Virus record (IMG/VR): IMGVR_UViG_3300021519_000014
Location: 1 to 53,474 of that record
Source: a virus
Lineage: Duplodnaviria > Caudoviricetes
Direction: 5' to 3' (one strand)
DNA: 53,474 nucleotides
The notes below the pieces were generated by a model, which saw nothing but the letters and a program-made list of their open reading frames with translations, was not told where the DNA came from and ran no database searches. The position numbers and the translations under genes were made by a program. Below, one piece after another: positions 17,097 through 27,577 of this stretch (position 1 is its first letter; each line of letters opens with the position of its first letter).

Positions 17097-18515
17097 TCAG
17101 TTACAATATTCGGTGATGATCACGATGCCCGACGACCCCGCGCCGCCCGCTACGTTGGCGATACTGTTGGACGTGTAGCCGCCGCCGCCGCCCGAGCCGT
17201 AGGCGCTTGCGGCGGCACCGTTGGCATCGCCGGTGCCAAAAAAGGCTGCGGGGGCCGCCCCGCCGCCGAAAAGTGACGATCCGCCCGCCGCGCCAAAAAC
17301 GGAGGTGGCCGCCGTGTTCGCGGCGTAGCCTGAATTGCCACTGGCCCCCGCAGCAGCGATGCCTCCGGTCGCGGTCCCGGCAATGCCACCAGCGCCCGCC
17401 GCGCCAACGGACACAGCTGCATCCGTGCCGCCGCCGCCCGTGCCGCCCTTGCCGATGCACAGCACGCCGACCGACGTATCGCCGCCGTTGCCGCCCGCAT
17501 TTGGACCGGCAGCACCAGCAGTACCGCCCGCGCCAATAGTGACAGTCTTGGACGCTCCGATGTCCGCCGCCGTCGCCAGCTTACGAGAGTAGCCGCCCGA
17601 TCCGCCGCCGCCGCCGACATTGACCTGCGACCCCGTGCCATTTGAGCCGCCACCCGCACCGCCGCCGCCGACGCATTCGATGATGCAGGTGACCATGCCG
17701 GCGTGCGGTGTGTATGTCCCAGAAGAGGTGAATACCTGCTGAAATACGGCGGTCGTAATTGCCGCCGTCGTCTGGGTTGTGGCGTTGGGGAACACGAAGC
17801 CGCCCGTAGTCGATGCGACGGTGCCCGCCACGGTCAGCATGTTGCTGCCGACGGTCGTCGTGCCGATGCCAACCTGCGTGCCCGACGGCGACAGGTACAG
17901 CGTGTTGCTGCCCACATTCAGCGTATTCGGGATCGCCATCGCGTTCGAGTTGACCGTGAGCGTGTCGCCGCCCGCGTCGCCAAGTACGGTATTGCCGCTG
18001 TTGGTCAGGCCCGCGACGGCAAGCGTCGTTCCGTCGAAGGTGAGGTTCGCGCTGCCCGCCAGCACGCCCGCGTTGTTGTACTGGACCTGCGTAGTCGAGC
18101 CGCCCGCGGCGGCCGTCGTGTCGTTGCGGACCATGCCGGACGCCGTGCCGTCGCAGGAGATCTGGACGTTGTCGCCGGCGTTGATCGTGACGTAGGTGCC
18201 GCCCGCGGCCGACTGCACGCGCACGGCGTAGCCGCCCGCCGTGCCGTTGCGGACGACCCACTGGCCCCCGATGCTGGAGGGGACCGAGTAGGTGACGATG
18301 CCGCCGGGGGTGCCCGAGACTACGAGCGAGAGGGGGACGCACTGCGCCGCCGACAGGACGACCGTCGTGCCGCCCAAGCCGGTGGAGTTCAGCAGCGTGC
18401 TGGCGCCGAGGGCGGAGTCGAGGAGTCCGAAGTTGGTGTTGAGGGGCCCGGTGCCCCACGTGTTGGCATTGGAATTGTAGGCGGGCTGGTCGAGCCCCTT
18501 GTTGGCTGTGGTCAT
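17097..18515 (-). CDS. Tail fibre-like virion protein with glycine-rich C-terminal domain
   Basis: G/T/A/S-rich; QVFTSSGTYTP...GGGGAGG...GSSGIVIITEY; GGSTTQVQYNNAG motif. Confidence 0.75.
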   Translation of the reverse strand: MTTANKGLDQPAYNSNANTWGTGPLNTNFGLLDSALGASTLLNSTGLGGTTVVLSAAQCVPLSLVVSGTPGGIVTYSVPSSIGGQWVVRNGTAGGYAVRVQSAAGGTYVTINAGDNVQISCDGTASGMVRNDTTAAAGGSTTQVQYNNAGVLAGSANLTFDGTTLAVAGLTNSGNTVLGDAGGDTLTVNSNAMAIPNTLNVGSNTLYLSPSGTQVGIGTTTVGSNMLTVAGTVASTTGGFVFPNATTQTTAAITTAVFQQVFTSSGTYTPHAGMVTCIIECVGGGGAGGGSNGTGSQVNVGGGGGSGGYSRKLATAADIGASKTVTIGAGGTAGAAGPNAGGNGGDTSVGVLCIGKGGTGGGGTDAAVSVGAAGAGGIAGTATGGIAAAGASGNSGYAANTAATSVFGAAGGSSLFGGGAAPAAFFGTGDANGAAASAYGSGGGGGYTSNSIANVAGGAGSSGIVIITEYCN

Positions 18516-21235
18516 TGGAGGGCCTCTTCAGCTATGGAGAGCGCCTTGGTGATGGCCTCATCAGGCTGCTCTAGGAGGGGTTCTGTCGTCGTGTTGTGGC
18601 CCTTCTTGGCCTTCTCCGCGGCGCGGATCAGCGACATCGCGATGCTGCCGTGGTTGATCCCCCCGATCCGCCCGCCCGCCTTGCGCCCCGGACGAGGAGC
18701 CCCCGTTGGCGTGGCGTACATCGGGATCGTCAGACCTTGCGCAGGCTGCGGCGGCGGAGCGTCAAGATCACGACCGCCAAGGTAACCGTACTTTGCGCCG
18801 GCTGTCGCCGCATCCTGCGCATATCGCGCCAGCCCCGGAATTGAAAACGGATTTCGAATGTTTTCTACTGAAGGCGCTTTGAGAAGCTCCCGCATAACTT
18901 TCGGGTCTTCGAGCGCGGCTTGCAGCAGCTTCGTGGCGGCCGCCTGTACGTCGCCGTACATCAACCGCGTTGTTAGTTGCCCCGGCGTTCCCCCGAGATA
19001 CCCACCGAGCCCTGCGAGACCGGCCAATTCCGCGCCCGCTGTCAACGCGGCGGGCAATCCGGTGGCTTTTGCAGCGCCAAAGGCAAGCGCGCCTTGCGCA
19101 AGACGGCCCATTGCGACACCGTGGACTAGCGTGAAGATGTCGCCCTGTTTCAGCAGGTCAGTCAATCGACGCTCGTCAAGCGCGCCCTGCGGGATACGCG
19201 ACCAGACTTCAGCCGACCGTTGAAGTTGCGTCAGCGATTGAGGACTATGCCCCGGCAAGGCTGCGCGCAAGTCAGCAGCGTTGTTCTGGATGAAGTCCGC
19301 GATGCGCGTAGGGTTCTCGCTGTTGAGTACGTCGCGAAACTCACCAACGAGCCGCTCGCTGCCGGCGCGCGCCGTGACGGCGCGCAAACGACTTTCAAGC
19401 CCCGGCACTTCAGCAACCAGCGACGCGAAGCTGGGATCCTTCATGTACCGCTGCAAGTCGGTGTCAGTTATAATCTTCTGGCCGTTGTTCGAGAGCTTCG
19501 AGACGGCCCAGTCCGATACCGACTCCTGCAGATTACGCTGCATGCTCGCGCGGTCCCCCGCCGGCAGCCTTTCGGCAACCGCCGGGGAGTCAAAGAACGA
19601 CGCCATCCGCCTGTAGTTGCCCGCGGCGTCTTTACCCTTCAGCAGCGTGTCGAGCGTCGTCTCAGACGGCAGCACGTTCTCCCCGGCGCCTGCAACGCCT
19701 TCGCCGTAGCGTTTACGAAGCTGGCCGAAAACTTTATCGCTGCTATCGAAAAGCCGTTCGTACTCTCGCGTCTTTTTGACGGCATCCGTCCATGAGTCAG
19801 AGAACTGCCCGTAAGTCACGCCTTCCGGCATGAACCTCTTCGATACATTCTCAACGTTCTCCAGCACCGGGTTGAAAGCCTCGATAAAAGCTCGTGTGCT
19901 GCGGCTGTCGCCGCGCCCTTCCCGCAAGTTCTCTTTCGCCGTCGACAGCGCGTTTTGGACGTAGCGAGCAGGCACCGTACCCTTCGCCATGTCGAAAGCT
20001 TCAATATATGCCCGCAGGTTCGGGTCGAGGGCTGCTACACCCGGGCCGATTTTCTCCGCCATTGCTTGAGAAGCTGCGCGCAGCGGTGGAGTGTTGATTT
20101 CGGCCAGCTCAAGCACGGGGTGTTTCCACGCGAGATCGGCGTCGCCCTTCATCCGGTCGTGGATGACGTCGAAGGGTCCGCGTGCCCTGACCGACGCTGC
20201 CGCCTGCGGATTATCTCCTACGACCCGCAGCGTCTCGTGCAGCGGGCTTGGCGCTGGCGCCGCCGCCGCGAGGCGCGCCGCCGCGCTCCCAATTTCCTGC
20301 CGTGCCTCAGTTGTGAGGATGGAACTTCGCTCTGGCGCGATTTCTTTTGTGAGCCCTGCGAGTCGCGGGTTCTGCGCCATGAGCTGTCGCGAGATGGGTT
20401 CGGCCCCCGGGGTGTAGAGGTCCGGGGAGAGCCGCGGCACGTCAGTGACGCCTGCCTCTTTGCGCAGGATGTCGGCCGCTGTGCCTTTGGCGATGGCTTC
20501 GCGTTCAGCGCGCCCGGCGCGCAGCGAACCCGCCCGCGCGCCTGCCAGCGCCCCGGCGATCTCCGCGCCGGGTGTGTTAGGCAGCAGTTCACCGGCTGCC
20601 CCCGCACCGACACCTGCCAGCAGGTTTGCGGGGCTCGCGGTTTCACGAATTGCGCCGCGTGTGAGGCCGCCTACACCACTGCGGATTGCGCCGGGTACCG
20701 CACCGAATGCGGGCGCGCCGCCGATGAATTCACCGGCAGTACGCGCCGCGCGACCGTATCCCGTGGCGGGTTCGTATTGGAGCCCCGGCACACCCTGCCG
20801 CGATGCCCAGTCGACTGCTCCCTTGCTGGTCGGCAGATCGACGCCCAACACCCGCGCATGCGTGCCGGCGCGTTCTTCAGGCGTCGCGCTTTCGGCTGCC
20901 GCGCGTTTGGCGGTTTCTAATTTTTGCGCGGCCTCACCCGGCGCGGTGAACCCAAGCACTTCGCCGGCTTTACGCGCGGCAAACGGGACGTATTGTTCAC
21001 CCAGCCGGTAAAGTTGCGCGATGTCACCCGGCAGCCCCGCCGTCCCTACAAAACCGCGGCCGACACCGGACGCCGTAGCCTTGGCGACATCTTCAACTAC
21101 TCCCGGCGTTTCGCCCGGAGAGGGCGTCTCAAAAGTTCCTTGGCCTGTGGCCGTTACTCTTGCGCCGGGGCGCACCGCGCGTTCAGGGGCCCGCGAGGGC
21201 GCGGGCGTCTCAAAAAGAACTTTCTCATCAGTCAT
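18512..21235 (-). CDS. Large internal virion/ejection protein (907 aa)
   Basis: Ala/Gly-rich helical protein downstream of the other ejection-type gene; function from position. Confidence 0.6.
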   Translation of the reverse strand: MTDEKVLFETPAPSRAPERAVRPGARVTATGQGTFETPSPGETPGVVEDVAKATASGVGRGFVGTAGLPGDIAQLYRLGEQYVPFAARKAGEVLGFTAPGEAAQKLETAKRAAAESATPEERAGTHARVLGVDLPTSKGAVDWASRQGVPGLQYEPATGYGRAARTAGEFIGGAPAFGAVPGAIRSGVGGLTRGAIRETASPANLLAGVGAGAAGELLPNTPGAEIAGALAGARAGSLRAGRAEREAIAKGTAADILRKEAGVTDVPRLSPDLYTPGAEPISRQLMAQNPRLAGLTKEIAPERSSILTTEARQEIGSAAARLAAAAPAPSPLHETLRVVGDNPQAAASVRARGPFDVIHDRMKGDADLAWKHPVLELAEINTPPLRAASQAMAEKIGPGVAALDPNLRAYIEAFDMAKGTVPARYVQNALSTAKENLREGRGDSRSTRAFIEAFNPVLENVENVSKRFMPEGVTYGQFSDSWTDAVKKTREYERLFDSSDKVFGQLRKRYGEGVAGAGENVLPSETTLDTLLKGKDAAGNYRRMASFFDSPAVAERLPAGDRASMQRNLQESVSDWAVSKLSNNGQKIITDTDLQRYMKDPSFASLVAEVPGLESRLRAVTARAGSERLVGEFRDVLNSENPTRIADFIQNNAADLRAALPGHSPQSLTQLQRSAEVWSRIPQGALDERRLTDLLKQGDIFTLVHGVAMGRLAQGALAFGAAKATGLPAALTAGAELAGLAGLGGYLGGTPGQLTTRLMYGDVQAAATKLLQAALEDPKVMRELLKAPSVENIRNPFSIPGLARYAQDAATAGAKYGYLGGRDLDAPPPQPAQGLTIPMYATPTGAPRPGRKAGGRIGGINHGSIAMSLIRAAEKAKKGHNTTTEPLLEQPDEAITKALSIAEEALQ

Positions 21236-24200
21236 TTACTCACCCCACTGCGCGCCGCCACCGGCGCTAGGGCCAAGGAAGCGTGCTTTCTGATACGTGT
21301 TGCCGTAGGGCACCATATACATCTGGCCAACCTTGAGTTTACGCGGGTCAGGGCCCGAAGATGTCATCGCAGTGTCGATGTCGCCAAGCACGGCGATATC
21401 CTTCTTCACCCGCGCAATCCGCTCGTTCAGGTTGTTACCGGGGAGCCGCGCCCACGCCTGCGCCGCGCCAGCGCGGTCAATGCTGGGGCCGTACTTGTTA
21501 GGAGACATCTGCTCATTAAGCCAATTGTCGCGCTCTTGAGCCCACTGCGCAGTCGCCACCAATTCAGATATGATAGCTTTATTGGCTTCTGGCAGAAGGT
21601 TCATGTCAGAGTTGGCGTTGCTCAGACCTCCATACCGGGTGTCTGACATCGCGCCAGCGTTTTTCAAATTGTCCATGATAAGTTTGTAGGCGTTCTTGCG
21701 CGCGATCTGGAAGGCGTCAGGGTCGGTGGCCGTGATGGTCTGGCCAGTGAAGCCCTGCACCAGCGCCGCCACGTTGTTGATGGCGCCACGCAGCGGGCCG
21801 GTCTGGGCTTCCTGCAGCGCCTTGCTCAACTCAGTCGCCGTTGAGAGCGAGTTCTCAAAATTCTGTTGGCGGTTTTCGTATGTGTTCTTCCACTGCGTGT
21901 TGTCGGCAGTGCGCTGCGTCTGCGCTTGCATGGAATTGAAACCGGGCAGCGTGATAAACCCGGTGCCGCCAATTACTGGTACCCGACCATTGCTACTGAT
22001 TTCAGCCTGAATTTCATCAGCTTCACGACGGCGTCTTGCAGACCCTTCGGCATCAAAGCGGGCCATTTGCCGCGCCTCTTCTCGCATAGTATCCGGGTTA
22101 CGCGCCGGGTCGATATTTTGCGCAACCCACTGTTGCTGCTCAGGCGTAATGCCGGCGGGGCGCGCCCAATCAGGCACGTCACCCGGCGGCGTAGCCGCTG
22201 AAGGTGCGGTAGCCCCGCCAGCCGCAGGCGCGCCGCCAGTCGCAGGCGCGCCGCCAGTCGCAGGCGCGCCGCCAGTCGCAGGCGCGCCGCCAGTCGCAGG
22301 CGCGCCGCTCCTGAGCAAATCCTGCATCTCGCCGGGTGACTTTGCATACCGGCTGAGCAATCTGCTAATGTATTGCCCAAGAATATCGTACTGCTTTTGC
22401 ACCGGGTTGATCAGGTCGGCTGAATCGCGATTGGCGATCATTTGGCCAAGTTTGGTACCGAGGTCCGTGCGAATTTTGAATAGTTCGCCCGCAGAGGATA
22501 TGTCAGCCCGCTGTTGATTTATGTCGAGGCCCTGCTGCTTATACGACATCATGGGATACATCTGCGCGGCTTCGCCAAGGCCCTGACCGATAGCGACGCC
22601 AAGGTACGGCGACGGCGACGCAAGCATCTTTCCGATGCCCCCCGCCAACGGCATCAGCCAGTTCTGGTTGTTTCCAATCCAGTCGCCGGCGCGGTCGAAG
22701 AAATTACGCTCCGCAAGGTTGGAGGCGTTGGGTGCCCTCAGAGCGTTCGATTCCACGGCAGGTGCAGGTGCGGGGGTATTGCCCCCCGGTGGCGTCTGCA
22801 CAGCTTGCGGCGGCGGAAGCGGGGGCGCGCTTGAGGGTGCCGTCCGCGCAGCGGGGGGCTGCGCAGCGGTGTTGTGGCCGACAAGATCGCTATCCCCGGT
22901 GGTGCGTTCAGCTCCCGCAGTGCTTTGCGGTGGTACAAGGCCCTGCGTAATTTCGGGCGGGTATACTGGCGGATTTGTCGTCGTCGTCGCCGGTTGCGCA
23001 GGCGGCGGCACAAGCCCCGCTGGGGTAGGCTCGGTTTGCGCGGCTGCCGCGCTACCCGTTGACGGGAACAGACTGCGCGTGAAATTGCCAATTGGATCGC
23101 GCGCAGGCGGCTTCATATTAGTAGGGTACGCAGGCGCGATTGAGTATGGGTCAACGCCTGTCGATTCGCGCGGCGGCGGTGGCACAAGCCCCACCGGGGG
23201 CTGCGGCTGCTCAGTCGCGCGCAACGTGTTTTCAAATCTGCGCTGACGCACGTTCTGGATCGTGGCGTCGCGCGCATAATCGCCTTCAGGGCCCCACATC
23301 GGCGGGGATGGTTCGCCAATCATTCGGTTTATGACGCGCGTCGTCTCCTCGTCGTCTGCCACGGCGCTTCCATCTGCGTAACCACGGCGCGGCACGAGGC
23401 CGCCCGAGGCAAAGCGGTCGGGCATCTCGAAACGGTCGGGCATCTCGAAATCGTCGCCCGTGTCGATGGGCTCAAGACCCGCGTGCATATCTTCAACATC
23501 GTGAAGCGGGGGCGCGAGGCCCGCGCTGCGCGGTGCCTCGGGGCGCATGTGCACCTCGGCCGGCGGCGCGCCGCCCATGATCTTGGCGACATAGTCGTTC
23601 GTCGACATGTTGACGTCGCGCCGTCCGAGGCGCCGCGCCTCGGACAACGGCACGCCGCTGTGCCACATCGAGGCGGCGTCGGCGAGGTTGCCGTGCTGGC
23701 CGAGATACTTGCCAAAATGGTGCTCGAAGACGCGCTCCTGCGCTTCCGGGCTCTTCAGAAACTCTTCCGGCGTCATGCGGCGCCCAAGGGCCTCTTGCGT
23801 CCACGACGGGATGTTTGCGCCCATGACCTGATACTTGCCGTGTGCGCGGTCGCCGCCGACTGACGGCCCCATGGCGTCGTATCGGCCGCCGCTCTCGATG
23901 CCCGCGATCCGGCGCTTGGCGTCGGCCATCATAGCCGGGTCAACGCGGCCGTCGGTGGCGTAGCCGACGCGGCCGCCGTCCTTCGCGAACGCAGAGCCTG
24001 CCATCTTGCCGGCCGCACCTCCTATCATGCCGCCCGCGGGACCACCCATTAGCGAGCCTCCGATAGTGCCTACGAGGCCCAGAAGGGCTCCCGCGGTTCC
24101 GTCTTTCTTTTGGCCGTCCTTATCGCCGCGCATGTCGAGCTTCGGCGCGTCGAGTTTATTCTGTTTTTGCGGGTCGTCGGCAAGGTCTTCAACTATTGAT

Positions 24201-26419
24201 TTGTCGTCGGTGCCCCCGGTGTACGGAAGCGCCGGGTTGCTGCCGACCAAGCCGCCGGGGTTGTATCCGATGCGTCCGCCGCGCGCGACAAACACAGAGC
24301 CGAGGCCCTCGCCAACACCCCCAAGGTCTTCTGCCGGAAGCTCGCCAAGCGACGCCGTTGTAATTTCAGAAGGCGCCGGTGCCACCTCGGCCGTTTCCAG
24401 CTTTGCTGCGCCCAGCCCCGGCGCCGGTGCCACCTCGGCCGTTCGCTGCGGCTCCGCTGCGCCCAGCCCCGGAGCAGCGCTCGTCCGCACGGGCGCCGGC
24501 TCCGGGGTGGCGGGAGCCGCGCTCGGCTGTGCGGAGGGAGGCAAATTTTCGGTCTTAACACTTCCCGGCGAAGTTGACGCCGTGTAGCCCGGTTGCGCCG
24601 GCTGCTGACTGGCGCGCTGCTCACGCCACCAGTCGCCAACCCCCTTGTATGCCTCCTCGCCGACCTTGTAGGCCTTCTCGCCGACCTTGTAGGCCTTCTC
24701 GCCCGTCTCGACGGCGCCGACGGCATCCTTGATGCCGCCCCCGACTACCTCGCCGGTTGACTTCGGCGGCGGCGGCGGCGGGGACAAGTTGCCTTTCAAT
24801 ATCGAAGGCGGGGTTATCGGTTTGGCGCTCCACCCCTGCTGCTGCCCCTTGGGCAGTGATTTACCCGCAATGCCGTAAGGCAGCGACCCTGCACCCGGGT
24901 TCGCAAGCATCTCAAGAATCTGCTGCGATCTTGCGTCGACACCCGGCGTCACCGCGCCCGATAATGCAAACGCGGGGCGAGGCGCGCCGAGGGCCGCCAT
25001 GCTCGGATGCACGGCGCCGCCCTCGGACGACGGCATCAGGCCGCCCCCGTAGGCGCGCTCGGCGTGCTTCGTCGCGGCGTCGTAGTCGACGGCCTTGATG
25101 CCCTCGGCCGTCTCGCTGACGGCCTCCGGGTGGTGCTTCTCGACGTCCTGCGCCGAGAGGCCAATCTGCGGCTGGTTCGATCCCTTGTACTTGAACTTGA
25201 TGATCTTCTGGCCGTCGTGGGTGCGGCCGATCTCGGTAATGTCTTCCTTGACGCGCTCGTCCGAGAAGAACGGCGTCGGCGAGCCGGTGACGCCCGACGT
25301 CGTGCTGCCGTAGAGCGGGCCGCCGCCGTAGGCGATGTTCGCGAGGAACTGGGCGATCTGGAACGGGTAGCCCTGCTGCTGCTGGTACTGGTTGTACAGC
25401 GCCGCGTTCTGCTGCTGCTGCGTCTGCTGCTCCAGCGTGCCGGCGCCAAGTAGCGCCTGCCCGCTCGCCAGCCCCGTCTGCGTGCCCTGCTGGCCTATTC
25501 CGGTCAGTCCTTGGGCCACATTCTGCCCGTAGCCGAGGAGGCCCTGCCCGAGGCCCTGCTGGGCCTGCGCGGCCGCCATCGGCTGCTGGAAGGCCTGCTG
25601 GCCGATCTGGAGGAGCTGGGGCGAGAGCTGCTGCATCGCCGCCCGGTTGGCCTGCCCCGCCTGAAGGCCCACACCCTGCTGCTGTTGCCCCGCCTGCAGG
25701 GCCTGCCCGTAGCCTTGCGAGAGAAGCCCGGCCTGCGTCTGCTGCGCGGCCAGACCCTGCTGGCGCGCCAGATTCGCGGCCCCAATCGAGCCTCTGTCGC
25801 CGCCGAAGGCGCCGCGCATCGCCTGCGAGCCCATGAGCTGGCTCTGCTGCTGTTGCTGCTGCTGGTACAGACCCTGCATCGTCGGTGCAACAACCGACTG
25901 CAGGTAGGGGTCCATGTACTGCCCGATGTTGAGCTGCCCCGGGTTCACCGCCTGCGCGCCGGCCAATCCCGCCATCGTAGCCGCGCCCGTGTAGGGCGCG
26001 CCCGCCGCCTGCGCCGTGTCGATATTCTGCCCCGCCTGCCCGTAGTAGGGGAGGGCGGCCTCGGCTGCGCCGGTCAGGGCCGTGGTCGCGGCCTGCTGAT
26101 AGGGCTGGTAGCCCTGCCCCGCGTTGGCGATCTGGGCAGTGCCGGCCTGCTGGGTGGCCGTCAGCGGCGCGACGAACTGGCCCGTGTACGGCTGGAACGG
26201 CTGCTGCGCGGCCGTCTCTGCGCGGGCGTTGACCGCGTCGTAGCGCGCCCGGACTTCGGGAGGGATTGTCGTCGTCTGCTGCTGGTAGGTCGTGCCGCCG
26301 GCACCACCCTTACCGCCGCCGAACGCAAGATGCCGGCGCGCAATCGGGGGCGCGCCGTCGAGGCCCATGAAGTCCTCGAAGGGGGCCCCGTCGTTCCAGA
26401 TCTTGCGTTCAGAGAACAT
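21236..26419 (-). CDS. Large ejection-type protein (1727 aa) with peptidase S74-like chaperone domain and lytic transglycosylase-like domain
   Basis: Q/G-rich N-terminus; SDERVKEDI...IGLSAQDVEK..PEAV...VDY; IAGIESGGRY...GKYQVM...FLKSPEAQE. Confidence 0.75.
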   Translation of the reverse strand: MFSERKIWNDGAPFEDFMGLDGAPPIARRHLAFGGGKGGAGGTTYQQQTTTIPPEVRARYDAVNARAETAAQQPFQPYTGQFVAPLTATQQAGTAQIANAGQGYQPYQQAATTALTGAAEAALPYYGQAGQNIDTAQAAGAPYTGAATMAGLAGAQAVNPGQLNIGQYMDPYLQSVVAPTMQGLYQQQQQQQSQLMGSQAMRGAFGGDRGSIGAANLARQQGLAAQQTQAGLLSQGYGQALQAGQQQQGVGLQAGQANRAAMQQLSPQLLQIGQQAFQQPMAAAQAQQGLGQGLLGYGQNVAQGLTGIGQQGTQTGLASGQALLGAGTLEQQTQQQQNAALYNQYQQQQGYPFQIAQFLANIAYGGGPLYGSTTSGVTGSPTPFFSDERVKEDITEIGRTHDGQKIIKFKYKGSNQPQIGLSAQDVEKHHPEAVSETAEGIKAVDYDAATKHAERAYGGGLMPSSEGGAVHPSMAALGAPRPAFALSGAVTPGVDARSQQILEMLANPGAGSLPYGIAGKSLPKGQQQGWSAKPITPPSILKGNLSPPPPPPKSTGEVVGGGIKDAVGAVETGEKAYKVGEKAYKVGEEAYKGVGDWWREQRASQQPAQPGYTASTSPGSVKTENLPPSAQPSAAPATPEPAPVRTSAAPGLGAAEPQRTAEVAPAPGLGAAKLETAEVAPAPSEITTASLGELPAEDLGGVGEGLGSVFVARGGRIGYNPGGLVGSNPALPYTGGTDDKSIVEDLADDPQKQNKLDAPKLDMRGDKDGQKKDGTAGALLGLVGTIGGSLMGGPAGGMIGGAAGKMAGSAFAKDGGRVGYATDGRVDPAMMADAKRRIAGIESGGRYDAMGPSVGGDRAHGKYQVMGANIPSWTQEALGRRMTPEEFLKSPEAQERVFEHHFGKYLGQHGNLADAASMWHSGVPLSEARRLGRRDVNMSTNDYVAKIMGGAPPAEVHMRPEAPRSAGLAPPLHDVEDMHAGLEPIDTGDDFEMPDRFEMPDRFASGGLVPRRGYADGSAVADDEETTRVINRMIGEPSPPMWGPEGDYARDATIQNVRQRRFENTLRATEQPQPPVGLVPPPPRESTGVDPYSIAPAYPTNMKPPARDPIGNFTRSLFPSTGSAAAAQTEPTPAGLVPPPAQPATTTTNPPVYPPEITQGLVPPQSTAGAERTTGDSDLVGHNTAAQPPAARTAPSSAPPLPPPQAVQTPPGGNTPAPAPAVESNALRAPNASNLAERNFFDRAGDWIGNNQNWLMPLAGGIGKMLASPSPYLGVAIGQGLGEAAQMYPMMSYKQQGLDINQQRADISSAGELFKIRTDLGTKLGQMIANRDSADLINPVQKQYDILGQYISRLLSRYAKSPGEMQDLLRSGAPATGGAPATGGAPATGGAPATGGAPAAGGATAPSAATPPGDVPDWARPAGITPEQQQWVAQNIDPARNPDTMREEARQMARFDAEGSARRRREADEIQAEISSNGRVPVIGGTGFITLPGFNSMQAQTQRTADNTQWKNTYENRQQNFENSLSTATELSKALQEAQTGPLRGAINNVAALVQGFTGQTITATDPDAFQIARKNAYKLIMDNLKNAGAMSDTRYGGLSNANSDMNLLPEANKAIISELVATAQWAQERDNWLNEQMSPNKYGPSIDRAGAAQAWARLPGNNLNERIARVKKDIAVLGDIDTAMTSSGPDPRKLKVGQMYMVPYGNTYQKARFLGPSAGGGAQWGE
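22223..22308. repeat. 18-bp tandem repeat (4 full + 1 partial) encoding GGAPAT linker
   Basis: cgcaggcgcgccgccagt repeated. Confidence 0.9.
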
Positions 26420-27057
26420 CAGTGTTCAGCCTTGTTGGTGACGCCCGACGGCAGCCGGCGCCGCTTGGTGTTGTTGGCGACGGCGGTCAGAACTTGCAGG
26501 TTCCACGGCACGTGCAACCCTCGGCTATGCGTTCCTTTGATAGGATAGATGTGGTCGACTTCGTGAGCCACCCCGGTTTGCGTCGTCCGAGCCAGCGCGA
26601 TGTCGTAGAACTCGGCAACCTGCGCGCGCTGGATAGCGGTGAGCCACGACGGTGTCGCCTGTTTCACTGCGGTCTTTCGCGCTGCTTTTCCCGCGCGCAG
26701 TGCGTCGCGGTTTCGCGCACCCCATTCGCGTCCGTATTGTTTGCGTGCTTCAGCGTTACGTGCGTAACGAAGCTGCTCGACGGCCACGCGACACGCCTTA
26801 CACATCCGCCTAAGCCCGTCGGGGGAGTTTCTAACGCGCCCGAAATCCGCGCACGTTTTCATCTCGCTGCAGCGTGTGCACGCGCGCGGCGCGTCAGGTG
26901 ATACGGTCACCATTGCGGGGCGTGCGTGTTTTTTAGCGTAGTTAGCGCGTGCGCTCTTGTTGTGGCATTGCTTGCACCAAGAAGACGGCGATCCGTAGAC
27001 AGTCTTGTAGAAATGGTCGGCGTCTTTAGCTTCGCGGCATTTCGTGCAGGTTCTCAT
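26419..27057 (-). CDS. Free-standing HNH endonuclease with two CxxC...CxxC zinc-ribbon repeats
   Basis: CTKC...WCKQC, CTRC...MCKAC; HEVDHIYPIKG...GLHVPWNLQVLTAVANNTK; ATGA overlap with upstream gene. Confidence 0.9.
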   Translation of the reverse strand: MRTCTKCREAKDADHFYKTVYGSPSSWCKQCHNKSARANYAKKHARPAMVTVSPDAPRACTRCSEMKTCADFGRVRNSPDGLRRMCKACRVAVEQLRYARNAEARKQYGREWGARNRDALRAGKAARKTAVKQATPSWLTAIQRAQVAEFYDIALARTTQTGVAHEVDHIYPIKGTHSRGLHVPWNLQVLTAVANNTKRRRLPSGVTNKAEH

Positions 27058-27536
27058 TTGTTGGTCACCCCCGTCTCGGCGCCACACAACCAATAGGCAC
27101 CGGAGGGCTTACCGAAAATGCGCTCGTACAGGCGCACCTTCCCCTCCGTCCGGCTGTTTGACAGGATGCCAATCATCAGGGGCATCTCAAGTTTCGACGC
27201 CGCCGCCTTGGCGAATTCGCACAGTTTGCGCGCGCGGCCGCCCTTGGCGCTGCGGTACTCCGGGTGGACGAACACGCCGCGCTCCTCCAGCACGACCTGA
27301 TCGCTGTACCAGAGCTTGCAGGTGCGCATGAGGATGCCCCCCTCGAAGTGGTCGGAGCCGGGGGCCCCGATCACGCCGCAGATGCCGCCGTCGCGGTTGA
27401 GCGCGGGCCACACTTCTGCGAGAAGTTTCTGCGGGTCAGGATGCACGAAGCCGTTCTCCTCGCTCCCCTGCAGACAGAGGGACATGAATTGATGTATGTC
27501 GTCGGGTGTGCCGACGCGGACGTGGATGTCGGTCAT
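27054..27536 (-). CDS. GNAT-fold acetyltransferase-like protein
   Basis: VFVHPEYRSAKGGRARKLCEFAK resembles GNAT motif A; GAGGAG RBS; precedes ejection genes. Confidence 0.65.
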   Translation of the reverse strand: MTDIHVRVGTPDDIHQFMSLCLQGSEENGFVHPDPQKLLAEVWPALNRDGGICGVIGAPGSDHFEGGILMRTCKLWYSDQVVLEERGVFVHPEYRSAKGGRARKLCEFAKAAASKLEMPLMIGILSNSRTEGKVRLYERIFGKPSGAYWLCGAETGVTNK

Positions 27537-27577
27537 CTGCTTCTCCTCAAGCATTGACGGGGTTGCGGGAGTGCCCA

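Noticed and set aside
16788-17276. + strand ORF running into the tail-fibre 3' end
   Set aside because: Overlaps real genes at both ends with weak coding signal; a short gene from ~16978 cannot be excluded.
23410-24705. Short in-frame duplications (FEMPDR x2, AEVAPAP x2, GEKAYKV x2-3)
   Set aside because: Ordinary slippage in disordered linkers.
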